Shown: positions 1-7,799 of the stretch, piece by piece
Position numbering within the stretch: position 1 is the stretch's first letter
Layout of the letters: each line of letters starts with the position of its first letter
Source of the DNA: a virus
DNA length: 64,000 nt
Virus record (IMG/VR): IMGVR_UViG_3300030430_004661
Location: 1 to 64,000 of that record
Strand: one strand, 5' to 3'
Program-made: the position numbers and the translations under genes
Notes under the pieces: model-generated
Seen by the model: only the letters and a program-made list of their open reading frames with translations
What the model was told of the DNA's origin: nothing
Database searches by the model: none

Positions 1-2
1 TG

Positions 3-209
3 GCTATAGCCATACCATACATAAAGGACATGGTTGACAGTAGCAACGAAAATAAAAGCGAAAATGTAAAAGCCATCGACAAAATCCTTCAAGATGCCGG
101 CATGCCTGAACTCGGATCAGGCGCATATAAACAAAAGCCCGAAAAATCTCTCGAAAATGCACGCAAGCGCTTGCAAGCCATGAAAGCAGCTCGCAAAGAA
201 GAAGTATAA
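3..209 (+). CDS. 3' end of a hypothetical protein (5'-truncated by the window)
   Basis: Frame 3 is open from the window edge to TAA at 207-209 (AIAIPYIKDMVDS...AARKEEV*). Same strand as all neighbours. Confidence 0.7.
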   Translation, partial: AIAIPYIKDMVDSSNENKSENVKAIDKILQDAGMPELGSGAYKQKPEKSLENARKRLQAMKAARKEEV

Positions 210-246
210 AAATAATCGTCGTAAATAAACGATTTAACGTCATAGT

Positions 247-254
247 TATTTATA
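247..254 (+). promoter_or_regulatory. putative late-promoter motif TATTTATA, followed by a small hairpin AGGGGT-ATT-ACCCCT (256-270) and SD GGAGG
   Basis: Same motif recurs in intergenic gaps before several late-type genes. Confidence 0.45.
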
Positions 255-284
255 GAGGGGTATTACCCCTAGGGAGGATTATGA

Positions 285-848
285 ATGTTATTTTTATCGT
301 TATTATGGGGGTGTTTCAACCTAGGATTGGATGATTCCGGCCCTGTTGAAAAAGGCTTAAAACCAATTCCAGAACCAAGTCCGATTCATTGGGAGGCCTG
401 CTCCTATCAACTTGGCGATCACGTATGTGATTTTACCTATGCAAATGCAGAGAACACCACGACAAATCTGTACGATCACTACGGAGAAATTATTGTGATC
501 GATTACTTTACTGAGTGGTGTCCTTATTGTCGGCAAGCAGCCGAAAAGGTCGATTACTATATTGACGAGGACGTAACTTTATTTTCTGTCATGGTTCAAA
601 ATCAATGGGGCAACACTCCAAGGGTCGAAGACGTCGAACGTTGGACATCTGCTTACGCACTAGATCCAAACTACGTTCTTGCCGCTGGGGATTACATCAA
701 AGACCCCAACGGAGAGTGGGGTCCGGATATTCAAGCATACCCAAGTTTTATCATTATTGATAGGGACATGATTATACGAGAAAAGGTTATGGGTTGGTCT
801 TTGGAATTAATGCAAGATCTTATCGGCGATATAAAATCTGAAGAGTAG
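285..848 (+). CDS. TlpA/thioredoxin-like redoxin lipoprotein
   Basis: Short hydrophobic N-terminus ending WGC (lipobox-like); IVIDYFTEWCPYC CxxC motif; cis-Pro motif AYPSFIIID; SD GGAGG. Confidence 0.8.
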   Translation: MLFLSLLWGCFNLGLDDSGPVEKGLKPIPEPSPIHWEACSYQLGDHVCDFTYANAENTTTNLYDHYGEIIVIDYFTEWCPYCRQAAEKVDYYIDEDVTLFSVMVQNQWGNTPRVEDVERWTSAYALDPNYVLAAGDYIKDPNGEWGPDIQAYPSFIIIDRDMIIREKVMGWSLELMQDLIGDIKSEE

Positions 849-870
849 TTATTAGTGGAGGGTTTGATGG

Positions 871-1845
871 ATGTTCATTATTTTATTTTTTTGGGGGTGT
901 CTTTCTGATCATGCCCTTACTCACGAGGTGATCAAGGAAGTTCCGGTTTACATTACTGATACTGCTTACGTAGAGGTCGAAGTAGAGGTGGAAGTAGAAG
1001 TCGAAGTTGAAGTAGAGGTGCCTGTCCCTGAACAATATCCACTTTGGGTCCAAGCGGTTCTGCAACCAAAACTCGCGAATGGGATTGACATCCTTTGGGT
1101 GGTTGACCCTTCTGGGTCGATGAACAATGACATGCCGCGTGTTGCTGATGGTGTTGCGCAAATGATGAACGCTCTTCCCACAAACGTATTTTGGCGCTTG
1201 GAAATTCTTTCAACTGACTATGTTAGGGCGTTACAAATGGCATCTTTTCCCTTATTACCGGGTGACTCTGACCTTGATGCGCAAAACCAATTAAGCAATA
1301 ATGTTTCGGGTCATCGTGAGGGTGGACTTGAAGCTGTTAAATTTTTTATGACGCAAAACATTGATGCCTATCAATGGTTACGAAGTGATGCCGCGCTGTT
1401 GATTGTGTTTGTTTCGGACGAAGATGATCGAAGTATTGGATTTGATGGTCAAGCGTTTATCGACTGGGTTCGTTTAGCAAGAGAAACAGTCTATGTTACG
1501 GCAATCGTAAATCAAGATAATTCTATAAGTGAGTGTCCAAATACTTTTAGTTCTACTATGGACGTTGGTCGTGAATACATGGATGTTGCAAATTTTTTTG
1601 GCGGCGTAGTTATCGACATATGCTCGGACGATTGGACGCAAGGTGTGGCGCAAGCATCAAGCCAGCTCCAGCTAGTTGAAGAAATTAAACTTGAGCACGT
1701 CCCTGTCTCGGACCAACACATCGAAGTATTTGTTGACGGAGCAGTATGGCCTGATTGGACATTTGATGCCACGACAAACATCGTAACATTTACCGTTATA
1801 CCACCAGAAGAATCTCTTATCGAAGTTGTGTACAATTACCTGTAG
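871..1845 (+). CDS. VWA-domain lipoprotein with an (EV)n linker
   Basis: MFIILFFWGC signal; MIDAS DILWVVDPSGSM (DxSxS); LLIVFVSDEDD; DICSDDW; C-terminal beta domain. Confidence 0.8.
   Translation: MFIILFFWGCLSDHALTHEVIKEVPVYITDTAYVEVEVEVEVEVEVEVEVPVPEQYPLWVQAVLQPKLANGIDILWVVDPSGSMNNDMPRVADGVAQMMNALPTNVFWRLEILSTDYVRALQMASFPLLPGDSDLDAQNQLSNNVSGHREGGLEAVKFFMTQNIDAYQWLRSDAALLIVFVSDEDDRSIGFDGQAFIDWVRLARETVYVTAIVNQDNSISECPNTFSSTMDVGREYMDVANFFGGVVIDICSDDWTQGVAQASSQLQLVEEIKLEHVPVSDQHIEVFVDGAVWPDWTFDATTNIVTFTVIPPEESLIEVVYNYL
970..1020 (+). repeat. Val-Glu dipeptide repeat (GTN GAR)x8 plus GTG
   Basis: Encodes VEVEVEVEVEVEVEVEV with synonymous variation between units. Confidence 0.9.
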
Positions 1846-1869
1846 AATATACTATTTATTGCAGGTGAT
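1835..1869 (+). promoter_or_regulatory. hairpin that sequesters the kinase-gene SD, with CTATTTAT (1852-1859) in its loop
   Basis: ATTACCTGTA (1835-1844) pairs with TGCAGGTGAT (1860-1869): 10 bp including 2 G-U pairs. SD AGGTGA is in the 3' arm. Confidence 0.6.
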
Positions 1870-1874
1870 AAATC

Positions 1875-3875
1875 ATGAAAATAAAAATTATCAAAGAATC
1901 TAATGGTGCTTTTGACGCTGCTATGCAGCACATACACAGCGATCCCGGAATTACTGATCCTGATGTTGCCACAGCACCGATGACCAGTCAACAACAAAAC
2001 CAACAACCTTCTTGGGCAGCTGGATACAAGCACAAGCTGGGACAAAAAACCGATGGACAAATTGCAAGAGAAAAAGCCGAGGAACTGGGGTATACAATTG
2101 TTAAACCTTTGGGTCAAGGTTTTTTTGGCAAAGTCTACTTGGTTAAAAAAGACAACGTAGAGTATGCATTTAAAATGGTAAAAAAATCACCTATAAGAGA
2201 AGTTGAAAACTATAAAACAGTTTCTGAGGCGAGAAAACAGAGCGCCATTGTTGCCAAACATTTTCCAGAGGTTTTCTATGCCGAAGTAGACAAAGATGAT
2301 CGGGGTTACATAATTATGGAATTGTTAACCGACAAAGGCCCCAAGTCCCTTATTATACCAGAATTGGTTGGAGATGGCGAAATGCTAGTGCCTATAAACA
2401 GGGACAATCCGTATAAAAACCTTAAAAATAGAATGTACATGTATCTAACAAATGAAAACATTCGAGAGGGTGTTTTATTTGGAATGTTTAGTTTATTTAT
2501 GGCACCTCCTCACATTAAAATACCAATAGAAAAAGCACTGAAGTATAGATTTGGTAAAGATTTTGGCGTTGAGTATCTAAAAACAAAATCAATAGCAGGA
2601 GATCAAAAACTAATAGATGACTTAGAGAGGAGAGCTAGAAAGGTAATCTCACCGGATGAAGAGGAATTTATTTTTGATAGAAGCGGGGCCCTGAAGGATG
2701 AATTTGTAATCAACCCCGGTGCTCTTACATTTTTAATTATAGCACTAGAAACCGTCAGAGATGCAGACCCATTTAAGGGCACTCCCCAGAGTTGGTACAC
2801 CAGAACGCAAACTGCCGCTGTTGTAGAATTTATGACCTTCTACAGACAAGGGGCGCCTGTTCCTTTTAATTATGGTGACATGGGAACCAAGGGCGGAGCA
2901 CCGGAACAAGTTGCCAGCGTCTATAAAGACGCCATGTCAATCAGAGAAGCAATGAAAGAATTAGCAAATATTACTGGTCTTTTTGCAAAAGATGTACATG
3001 GTGGTAATATTATGATAAGACCAAGCACGCAAGACTTTGTGGTTGTTGACCTTGGATTATTTAAGCCTCGACCAAAACAAGGATATTACGAAGGTAAACG
3101 TTGGTCTAAGAAACAACGAAACAAAAGAAAAAAAGGATGTGCAAACCCGAAAGGCTTCACAATGAAACAATTTTGTAAAAACCAGAGAACAAAATCTAAA
3201 AAAGGTGAAAGAACAAATGAAGGAATTGAGCGTAACATAGTGACTGTAAGAATTACTAAGGACCTTGACGAACGTAGAAAAAAACGTAACAAAGGTGGCA
3301 AATGTCAAAAAGGCTATAAAACACATCCGACTCGCAAAACAAAAAAAATGTTTGGTAGAAGGTACCGCAACTGTGTTAAAGCAGAAGGTCAAATAGATGA
3401 AAGAGAATTGACTCCCGCTGAATATGAAAAGAAAAAAGAAATAGCAAAGGGTATAAAAAAAAGTAACCCATCAATGCCAGATGACAAAAGATATGCAACA
3501 GCAACAAAATTAGCAAAACAACAAGATCTTGATGAACGTAAAAAAAAGCGAGATCCCAAAAAGGGAACCGGTAAAAAACCAAAAGGCTCTGGTAGAAGAT
3601 TATATACGGACGAAGATCCAAGTGATACAGTGTCCGTAAGTTTTAAGTCTGTTTCGGCAATAAAGAAAACTTTAGCCAAACCTTCTTTCAAATCTAAGAG
3701 TCATAAACGACAGTCGCAAATAATTAATTTGATACACCAAAGATCCAGAGCAGCTTACAGAAATGCAAAAGACCCAAAGGTAAAAGCAAGATTAAAAAAG
3801 GCATTTAACTATGCCAAGAAGCGTAAAGAGGCTTCTAAAAAGAAAACTATTCGTATGAGGAAAAAGAAAAAATGA
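1875..3875 (+). CDS. protein-kinase-like domain fused to basic, Cys-containing modules (putative virion internal polyprotein)
   Basis: GQGFFGKVYLV Gly loop, YAFK Lys, REVENY helix C, YIIMELL hinge, DVHGGNIM catalytic loop, VVDLGLF. K/R-rich modules start after YYE, TNE, LDE, IDE, LDE. Confidence 0.8.
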   Translation: MKIKIIKESNGAFDAAMQHIHSDPGITDPDVATAPMTSQQQNQQPSWAAGYKHKLGQKTDGQIAREKAEELGYTIVKPLGQGFFGKVYLVKKDNVEYAFKMVKKSPIREVENYKTVSEARKQSAIVAKHFPEVFYAEVDKDDRGYIIMELLTDKGPKSLIIPELVGDGEMLVPINRDNPYKNLKNRMYMYLTNENIREGVLFGMFSLFMAPPHIKIPIEKALKYRFGKDFGVEYLKTKSIAGDQKLIDDLERRARKVISPDEEEFIFDRSGALKDEFVINPGALTFLIIALETVRDADPFKGTPQSWYTRTQTAAVVEFMTFYRQGAPVPFNYGDMGTKGGAPEQVASVYKDAMSIREAMKELANITGLFAKDVHGGNIMIRPSTQDFVVVDLGLFKPRPKQGYYEGKRWSKKQRNKRKKGCANPKGFTMKQFCKNQRTKSKKGERTNEGIERNIVTVRITKDLDERRKKRNKGGKCQKGYKTHPTRKTKKMFGRRYRNCVKAEGQIDERELTPAEYEKKKEIAKGIKKSNPSMPDDKRYATATKLAKQQDLDERKKKRDPKKGTGKKPKGSGRRLYTDEDPSDTVSVSFKSVSAIKKTLAKPSFKSKSHKRQSQIINLIHQRSRAAYRNAKDPKVKARLKKAFNYAKKRKEASKKKTIRMRKKKK

Positions 3876-4456
3876 ACGAAGAAGAGCTAGAAGAGAAAAA
3901 GAAGCGTCGTAAAAAACGTAAGAAAAAGCGTAAAGTCAAAAAGAAAAAAGGCAAACGTGACGCATGCTATTACAAAGTCAAAGCAAGATATAGTGTGTGG
4001 CCGTCTGCTTATGCTTCTGGTGCTCTCGTAAAATGTCGAAGAGTAGGTGCCAAGAATTGGGGTAACAAATCAAAAAAGAATGAGTCTTTAAATGAAGAGT
4101 TTAAGCCTCACATGATGTATGATCCAAAGACTGGTAAATCAGAAAAAGCAAATAAAAAAGAAGATCACGAAAGATTGGCTAAGCAAGGCTATACCCATGT
4201 TGATCCTCAAGAGCTAGAAAAAGTACTACGAGATGAGGGTGGAGCATCAGGTATGGACCCCTTTGTTAAGGCTGTTGGTAAAGGCATGGAAGATGAAATA
4301 GAAGATACTCTTGATGATATGCCAAACGTCGGACAACATACGGACAAAGACTACATCTTAGATGATGGAGAAGAAATAAACATACAAAAAGAACAAAAAT
4401 TGTTAACAAAAAAGATTAGAGTTAGAATCAAAAGAAAACTTGAGGAAGGAATATGA
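3872..4456 (+). CDS. basic modular phage protein (putative head internal protein)
   Basis: Poly-K/R run, DACYYKVKARYSVWPSAYASGALVKCR module, FKPHMMYDPKTG module and EGGASGM module. These resemble modules I recall from marine T4-like phages. ATGA overlaps at both ends. Confidence 0.7.
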   Translation: MNEEELEEKKKRRKKRKKKRKVKKKKGKRDACYYKVKARYSVWPSAYASGALVKCRRVGAKNWGNKSKKNESLNEEFKPHMMYDPKTGKSEKANKKEDHERLAKQGYTHVDPQELEKVLRDEGGASGMDPFVKAVGKGMEDEIEDTLDDMPNVGQHTDKDYILDDGEEINIQKEQKLLTKKIRVRIKRKLEEGI

Positions 4457-5403
4457 CCGGATCTATTATAGAGCAGGATGTTCTAAACGAAGAAAAAAAA
4501 GAAAAAAAGTGCAAGAGATGTGGCACTATGAACGCATGTGGTAATCAAAAATGCACCAACTGTGGTCATGACAAATTTGGTCCATGTAACGAATCAATCG
4601 ACGAAAAAAAGAAGCGTCGAAAGAAACGAAAAGTAAAGCGCAAGAAAAGAAAGGGCGGCAAACGCGATGGCAAAGGAGCCAGTAGTAAAGGCTATTCCCT
4701 TCGTGACTGGTTTAAAGGTGGGGGTTGGGTTCAGACTGGTGGAAAGTATGACGGTAAGCCTTGCGCAAAGCAACCCGGTCAAAAAACCAAACCTTATTGT
4801 AGAGATCCTGACGATAGAGCCAAGATGAGTAAGAAAGAAAGAGACAAAAGAGCTCGTAAAAAACGTAAAGAAGATCCAAATCCAAACCGAAGAGGTAAGG
4901 CCAAAAACGTAAGGCAGAAAAAGAGTAAAAGGAAAAATGAAAGTATGTTGACACCAGATTTTATGATGACATTAATTGAGCAGGAGTTAAACTCTATGCT
5001 TAATAGTGGAGAACTTTATGAACATTTTCTGATTGAAAACGGCAGTTATGAAGATGGATCTCCGCTAGAAGAGGATTTTGAATTTTTTGAAGTCCTGAGT
5101 GAGGATGAAATCGAAGAAGCAGTTTACAGAGGTAAAACTGTTAAACTAAATAAACCAACAAGAGGTGATGTAAAGAAATTTAAAGTCTACGTTAATTCTG
5201 GACGTAAAGACAAGAAAGGTCGAGTAATAGCCAAAAAAGTAAACTTTGGACACGGAGGTTCAAGTGCAAGAAAAAAAGGCGAAAAGACCATGAGAATCAG
5301 AAAAAATAATCCAAAAGCAAGGAGAAATTTTAGAAAAAGGCACAACTGTGCCAATCCGGGACCTAAAACCAAAGCTAGGTACTGGTCATGTAAAAAGTGG
5401 TAA
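4453..5403 (+). CDS. Zn-ribbon plus basic modular phage protein (putative head internal protein)
   Basis: CKRC...CTNC ribbon; LRDWFKGGGWVQ..KPCAKQPGQ module; C-terminal VKLNKPTRGDVKKFKVYV...RHNC..PGPKTKARYWSCKKW module. Confidence 0.7.
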   Translation: MTGSIIEQDVLNEEKKEKKCKRCGTMNACGNQKCTNCGHDKFGPCNESIDEKKKRRKKRKVKRKKRKGGKRDGKGASSKGYSLRDWFKGGGWVQTGGKYDGKPCAKQPGQKTKPYCRDPDDRAKMSKKERDKRARKKRKEDPNPNRRGKAKNVRQKKSKRKNESMLTPDFMMTLIEQELNSMLNSGELYEHFLIENGSYEDGSPLEEDFEFFEVLSEDEIEEAVYRGKTVKLNKPTRGDVKKFKVYVNSGRKDKKGRVIAKKVNFGHGGSSARKKGEKTMRIRKNNPKARRNFRKRHNCANPGPKTKARYWSCKKW

Positions 5404-5419
5404 GGAGGTATCATGACAA

Positions 5420-5662
5420 ATGGAAATTTTATTGGAATCTTTGGCTCAATATGGGCCTTTGGGCCTGTGGACTGCTTCGCTTCTGTATGCGAACTATCAA
5501 ACTAGAAAGGAAGCTAAAGAAGAGGAACGTATACTACAGGATAAAATCATAGATAAACTAGATAAGCAAAATACTATGTTAGAAAAAACACTTGATAAGC
5601 TGGATCTAGGTTTAGATAAGATGAAAGAACAGAGAATAAGAGAGCTAAACACTAGAACTTAA
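5420..5662 (+). CDS. small membrane protein, BhlA/UviB holin-like
   Basis: One N-terminal hydrophobic helix (LAQYGPLGLWTASLLY) followed by a coiled coil; strong SD AAGGAGGT. Confidence 0.45.
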   Translation: MEILLESLAQYGPLGLWTASLLYANYQTRKEAKEEERILQDKIIDKLDKQNTMLEKTLDKLDLGLDKMKEQRIRELNTRT

Positions 5663-5712
5663 TAGTTTATGAGTTATAATATAATAAAAAAGAAAATTAA
5701 TAAAAGAAAAAG

Positions 5713-5742
5713 CTTGACATGTTACCCTCCAGATGTTATAAT
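5713..5742 (+). promoter_or_regulatory. sigma70-type early promoter
   Basis: TTGACA (5714-5719), 17-nt spacer, TATAAT (5737-5742), extended -10 TG, A-rich UP region. Confidence 0.9.
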
Positions 5743-5803
5743 TAAGTTGTAAGTAAAATGACAATTAACAACATACTAACAATATAACATATTTTGAGAG
5801 GAT

Positions 5804-7039
5804 ATGCAAGTGAAAGATAAAAAAAAGATTATAAGTTTTGACTTTGACAATACAGTAGCCATTACGTATGTCGAATTTGAAAAAGATTCAGATCCTGAGC
5901 CTGTATTTTTAGAGTACAATAACAAAATTGTGTCTCTTATGAAAGAGCATATTGATAATGGTGATGATGTTTACATCGTAACATCCAGATACCGACACCT
6001 AGAGCAGGAATACCCTGAGCAAGATGTACCTTATCACCTTAATAAGCTTGGTTTGACAGAATATTTCTGGCCCGACAGGGTATTTTACATGAATGGTGGT
6101 CTAAAAGATGAAAAATTAAGCGAGCTCAACGTTGATTTACACTATGATGACTCCATGGAAGAACTTTTAGCATGCAGATCAGCCGGTATACCATGTAAAA
6201 ACCCCTTAGACTTCTACAAAGATGCGAATGTAGTCGGTAAATCAGTAATATATGACGACTCAGATAAAATTTTGATCCTGAAAAGAGGTGATAAAGGCAC
6301 AAAATGGGACTTACCCGGTGGCCACATCAAAGAAATAGAACTTCAAAGAGGTCAATTCGGTCTCCAGAAGGGTTTAGAAAGGGAAGTTGCTGAAGAAACT
6401 GGTATAATTTTACCAAACGAAGAGTTTTACTACGACTTTAGTAATACTTTTGAGGACAAAACAAACCAAGTTCATATTTATTTAACAAAGATGGACACTG
6501 TTGAACCAGATGTTGACCTTGAAGTGCAAGAATTTAGAGAAAATATTGATTACAAGTGGGTACCAATAGACAAAATGGATCAATATATGGCCAATGGTAC
6601 CACACTTTTTGTTGAAGTTATGGAAAAATTAAGAAAAGATGGCAAAAAAATGACTAATGAAGGCAAATATCTTGCTGCGCAACACAAAAACTGGCGAAAA
6701 ATGAAGACTAAGTTGATTGGAACCGGTAAAAACAAGCATAAGGGCGGCGGAAAGGGTCACAAAGAGACAGATATGGGCCCATCTAAGAACGTTTTGGCGT
6801 TATATGAAGAAGATGATAAAAAAAAAGCAAAAATTAAGGTAAAAATCGTAAAAAAAGACGAAAATCTTGATGAAAAGAAGAAAAAACGTCGAAAAAAACG
6901 AAAAAAGAGCAAAAAATCAAGACATCAGCCCAAAGCTGGGCGCTCAAGTAAGTATTTTGGCTCAAGTTACTTTGATTATGGCCTATTTGACGGAGAATCG
7001 GGTGATTCTGGCGGTGGAGACGGCGGTGGAGGTGAATAA
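5804..7039 (+). CDS. HAD-family phosphatase plus NUDIX hydrolase fusion with a basic/Gly-rich tail
   Basis: SFDFDNTV (DxD), YIVTSR and HYDDS HAD motifs; WDLPGGHI...LEREVAEETGI Nudix box; tail LDE-KKKKRRKKRKK...GGGDGGGGE. Confidence 0.85.
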   Translation: MQVKDKKKIISFDFDNTVAITYVEFEKDSDPEPVFLEYNNKIVSLMKEHIDNGDDVYIVTSRYRHLEQEYPEQDVPYHLNKLGLTEYFWPDRVFYMNGGLKDEKLSELNVDLHYDDSMEELLACRSAGIPCKNPLDFYKDANVVGKSVIYDDSDKILILKRGDKGTKWDLPGGHIKEIELQRGQFGLQKGLEREVAEETGIILPNEEFYYDFSNTFEDKTNQVHIYLTKMDTVEPDVDLEVQEFRENIDYKWVPIDKMDQYMANGTTLFVEVMEKLRKDGKKMTNEGKYLAAQHKNWRKMKTKLIGTGKNKHKGGGKGHKETDMGPSKNVLALYEEDDKKKAKIKVKIVKKDENLDEKKKKRRKKRKKSKKSRHQPKAGRSSKYFGSSYFDYGLFDGESGDSGGGDGGGGE

Positions 7040-7177
7040 ATGGATAATTTTGTTGAAAAATGCACTTATTTTGCTGTTTTATTCATATTTTTCATGATTT
7101 TTTGTTCGATTATTGGCTTTGAGAGCACAATCATAACAATTTTACTACTTATATTAGCAAACATGAGGTACAAATAA
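7040..7177 (+). CDS. 45-aa hydrophobic membrane protein (absent from the ORF track)
   Basis: MDNFVEKCTYFAVLFIFFMIFCSIIGFESTIITILLLILANMRYK*; SD GGAGGTGA upstream; starts right after the previous stop and ends in a TAATG overlap with the next gene. Confidence 0.7.
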   Translation: MDNFVEKCTYFAVLFIFFMIFCSIIGFESTIITILLLILANMRYK

Positions 7178-7551
7178 TGAAGTTTTCAAAGCAGAGAATG
7201 GTAGAAATTATCAAAGAAGAAATGGAAAAAATGGACCACTCTCATCATAAATTGCATGATAAAGAGGGAAAAATGGCAAAAAGTCAACTTTATCAGCTCT
7301 CAAGGTACTCTGCAATGCTACATGATGCCCTAGAAGAAGACGATCAGTTAGAAGCTTGGGTTCAATCTAAGATAACAAAGGCTATGGACTACATTTCAAA
7401 AGTAAAACACTACCTAGAGTATGAAATGGACCTAGAATATACAGAACCAAAGGTGGATCTCCACAAATCAACAGAATCAGGGTGCGGACCAAGTCCTCAA
7501 ATGGAACCAAAGACTTACGTCTATGAAGTTGCTGATGATCTAGAGGAATGA
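7177..7551 (+). CDS. conserved-looking phage protein (putative head internal protein)
   Basis: N-terminal MKFSKQRMVEIIKEE leader; EGKMAKSQL...LEAWVQSKITKAMDYI module recalled from large myoviruses. Confidence 0.6.
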   Translation: MKFSKQRMVEIIKEEMEKMDHSHHKLHDKEGKMAKSQLYQLSRYSAMLHDALEEDDQLEAWVQSKITKAMDYISKVKHYLEYEMDLEYTEPKVDLHKSTESGCGPSPQMEPKTYVYEVADDLEE

Positions 7552-7796
7552 AGACAAGGATCATGTCACTAGGTGAGATATTTTTAAAAAATTTTAATGT
7601 TGGTGACTATGTGACATGGAGAGTACTTTCCGGTAATATAGAGGTACACTATTGTCAATACCAAGGAATCATTACAGAGATAGTTCATTATGACGATGAC
7701 ATAAGACCTGTGTACTATGCTAAAATTTTAGAAAACAAATCTGCTCAAATCTTTTGCGTTGTACTATCTTGTTTAACAAAAATAGAGACTAATTAG
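7548..7796 (+). CDS. hypothetical protein (possible SH3/KOW-like beta fold)
   Basis: ATGA overlap; FNVGDYV...YQGIITEI pattern. Confidence 0.55.
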   Translation: MKTRIMSLGEIFLKNFNVGDYVTWRVLSGNIEVHYCQYQGIITEIVHYDDDIRPVYYAKILENKSAQIFCVVLSCLTKIETN

Positions 7797-7799
7797 TAT

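Noticed and set aside
3896-3950. SV40-type nuclear localisation signal (KKKRKV) suggesting a eukaryotic virus
   Set aside because: Expected by chance in a poly-K/R run. SD sites, sigma70 promoters, coupled operons and gp25/gp6 baseplate genes indicate a bacteriophage.
5413-5505. 30-codon out-of-frame ORF sharing the SD of the holin-like gene
   Set aside because: Its ATG is only 3 nt from the SD and the peptide is unremarkable; ATG 5420 has better spacing.
5420-5662. Complete lysis cassette
   Set aside because: No adjacent endolysin or spanin; the holin call rests only on size and topology.
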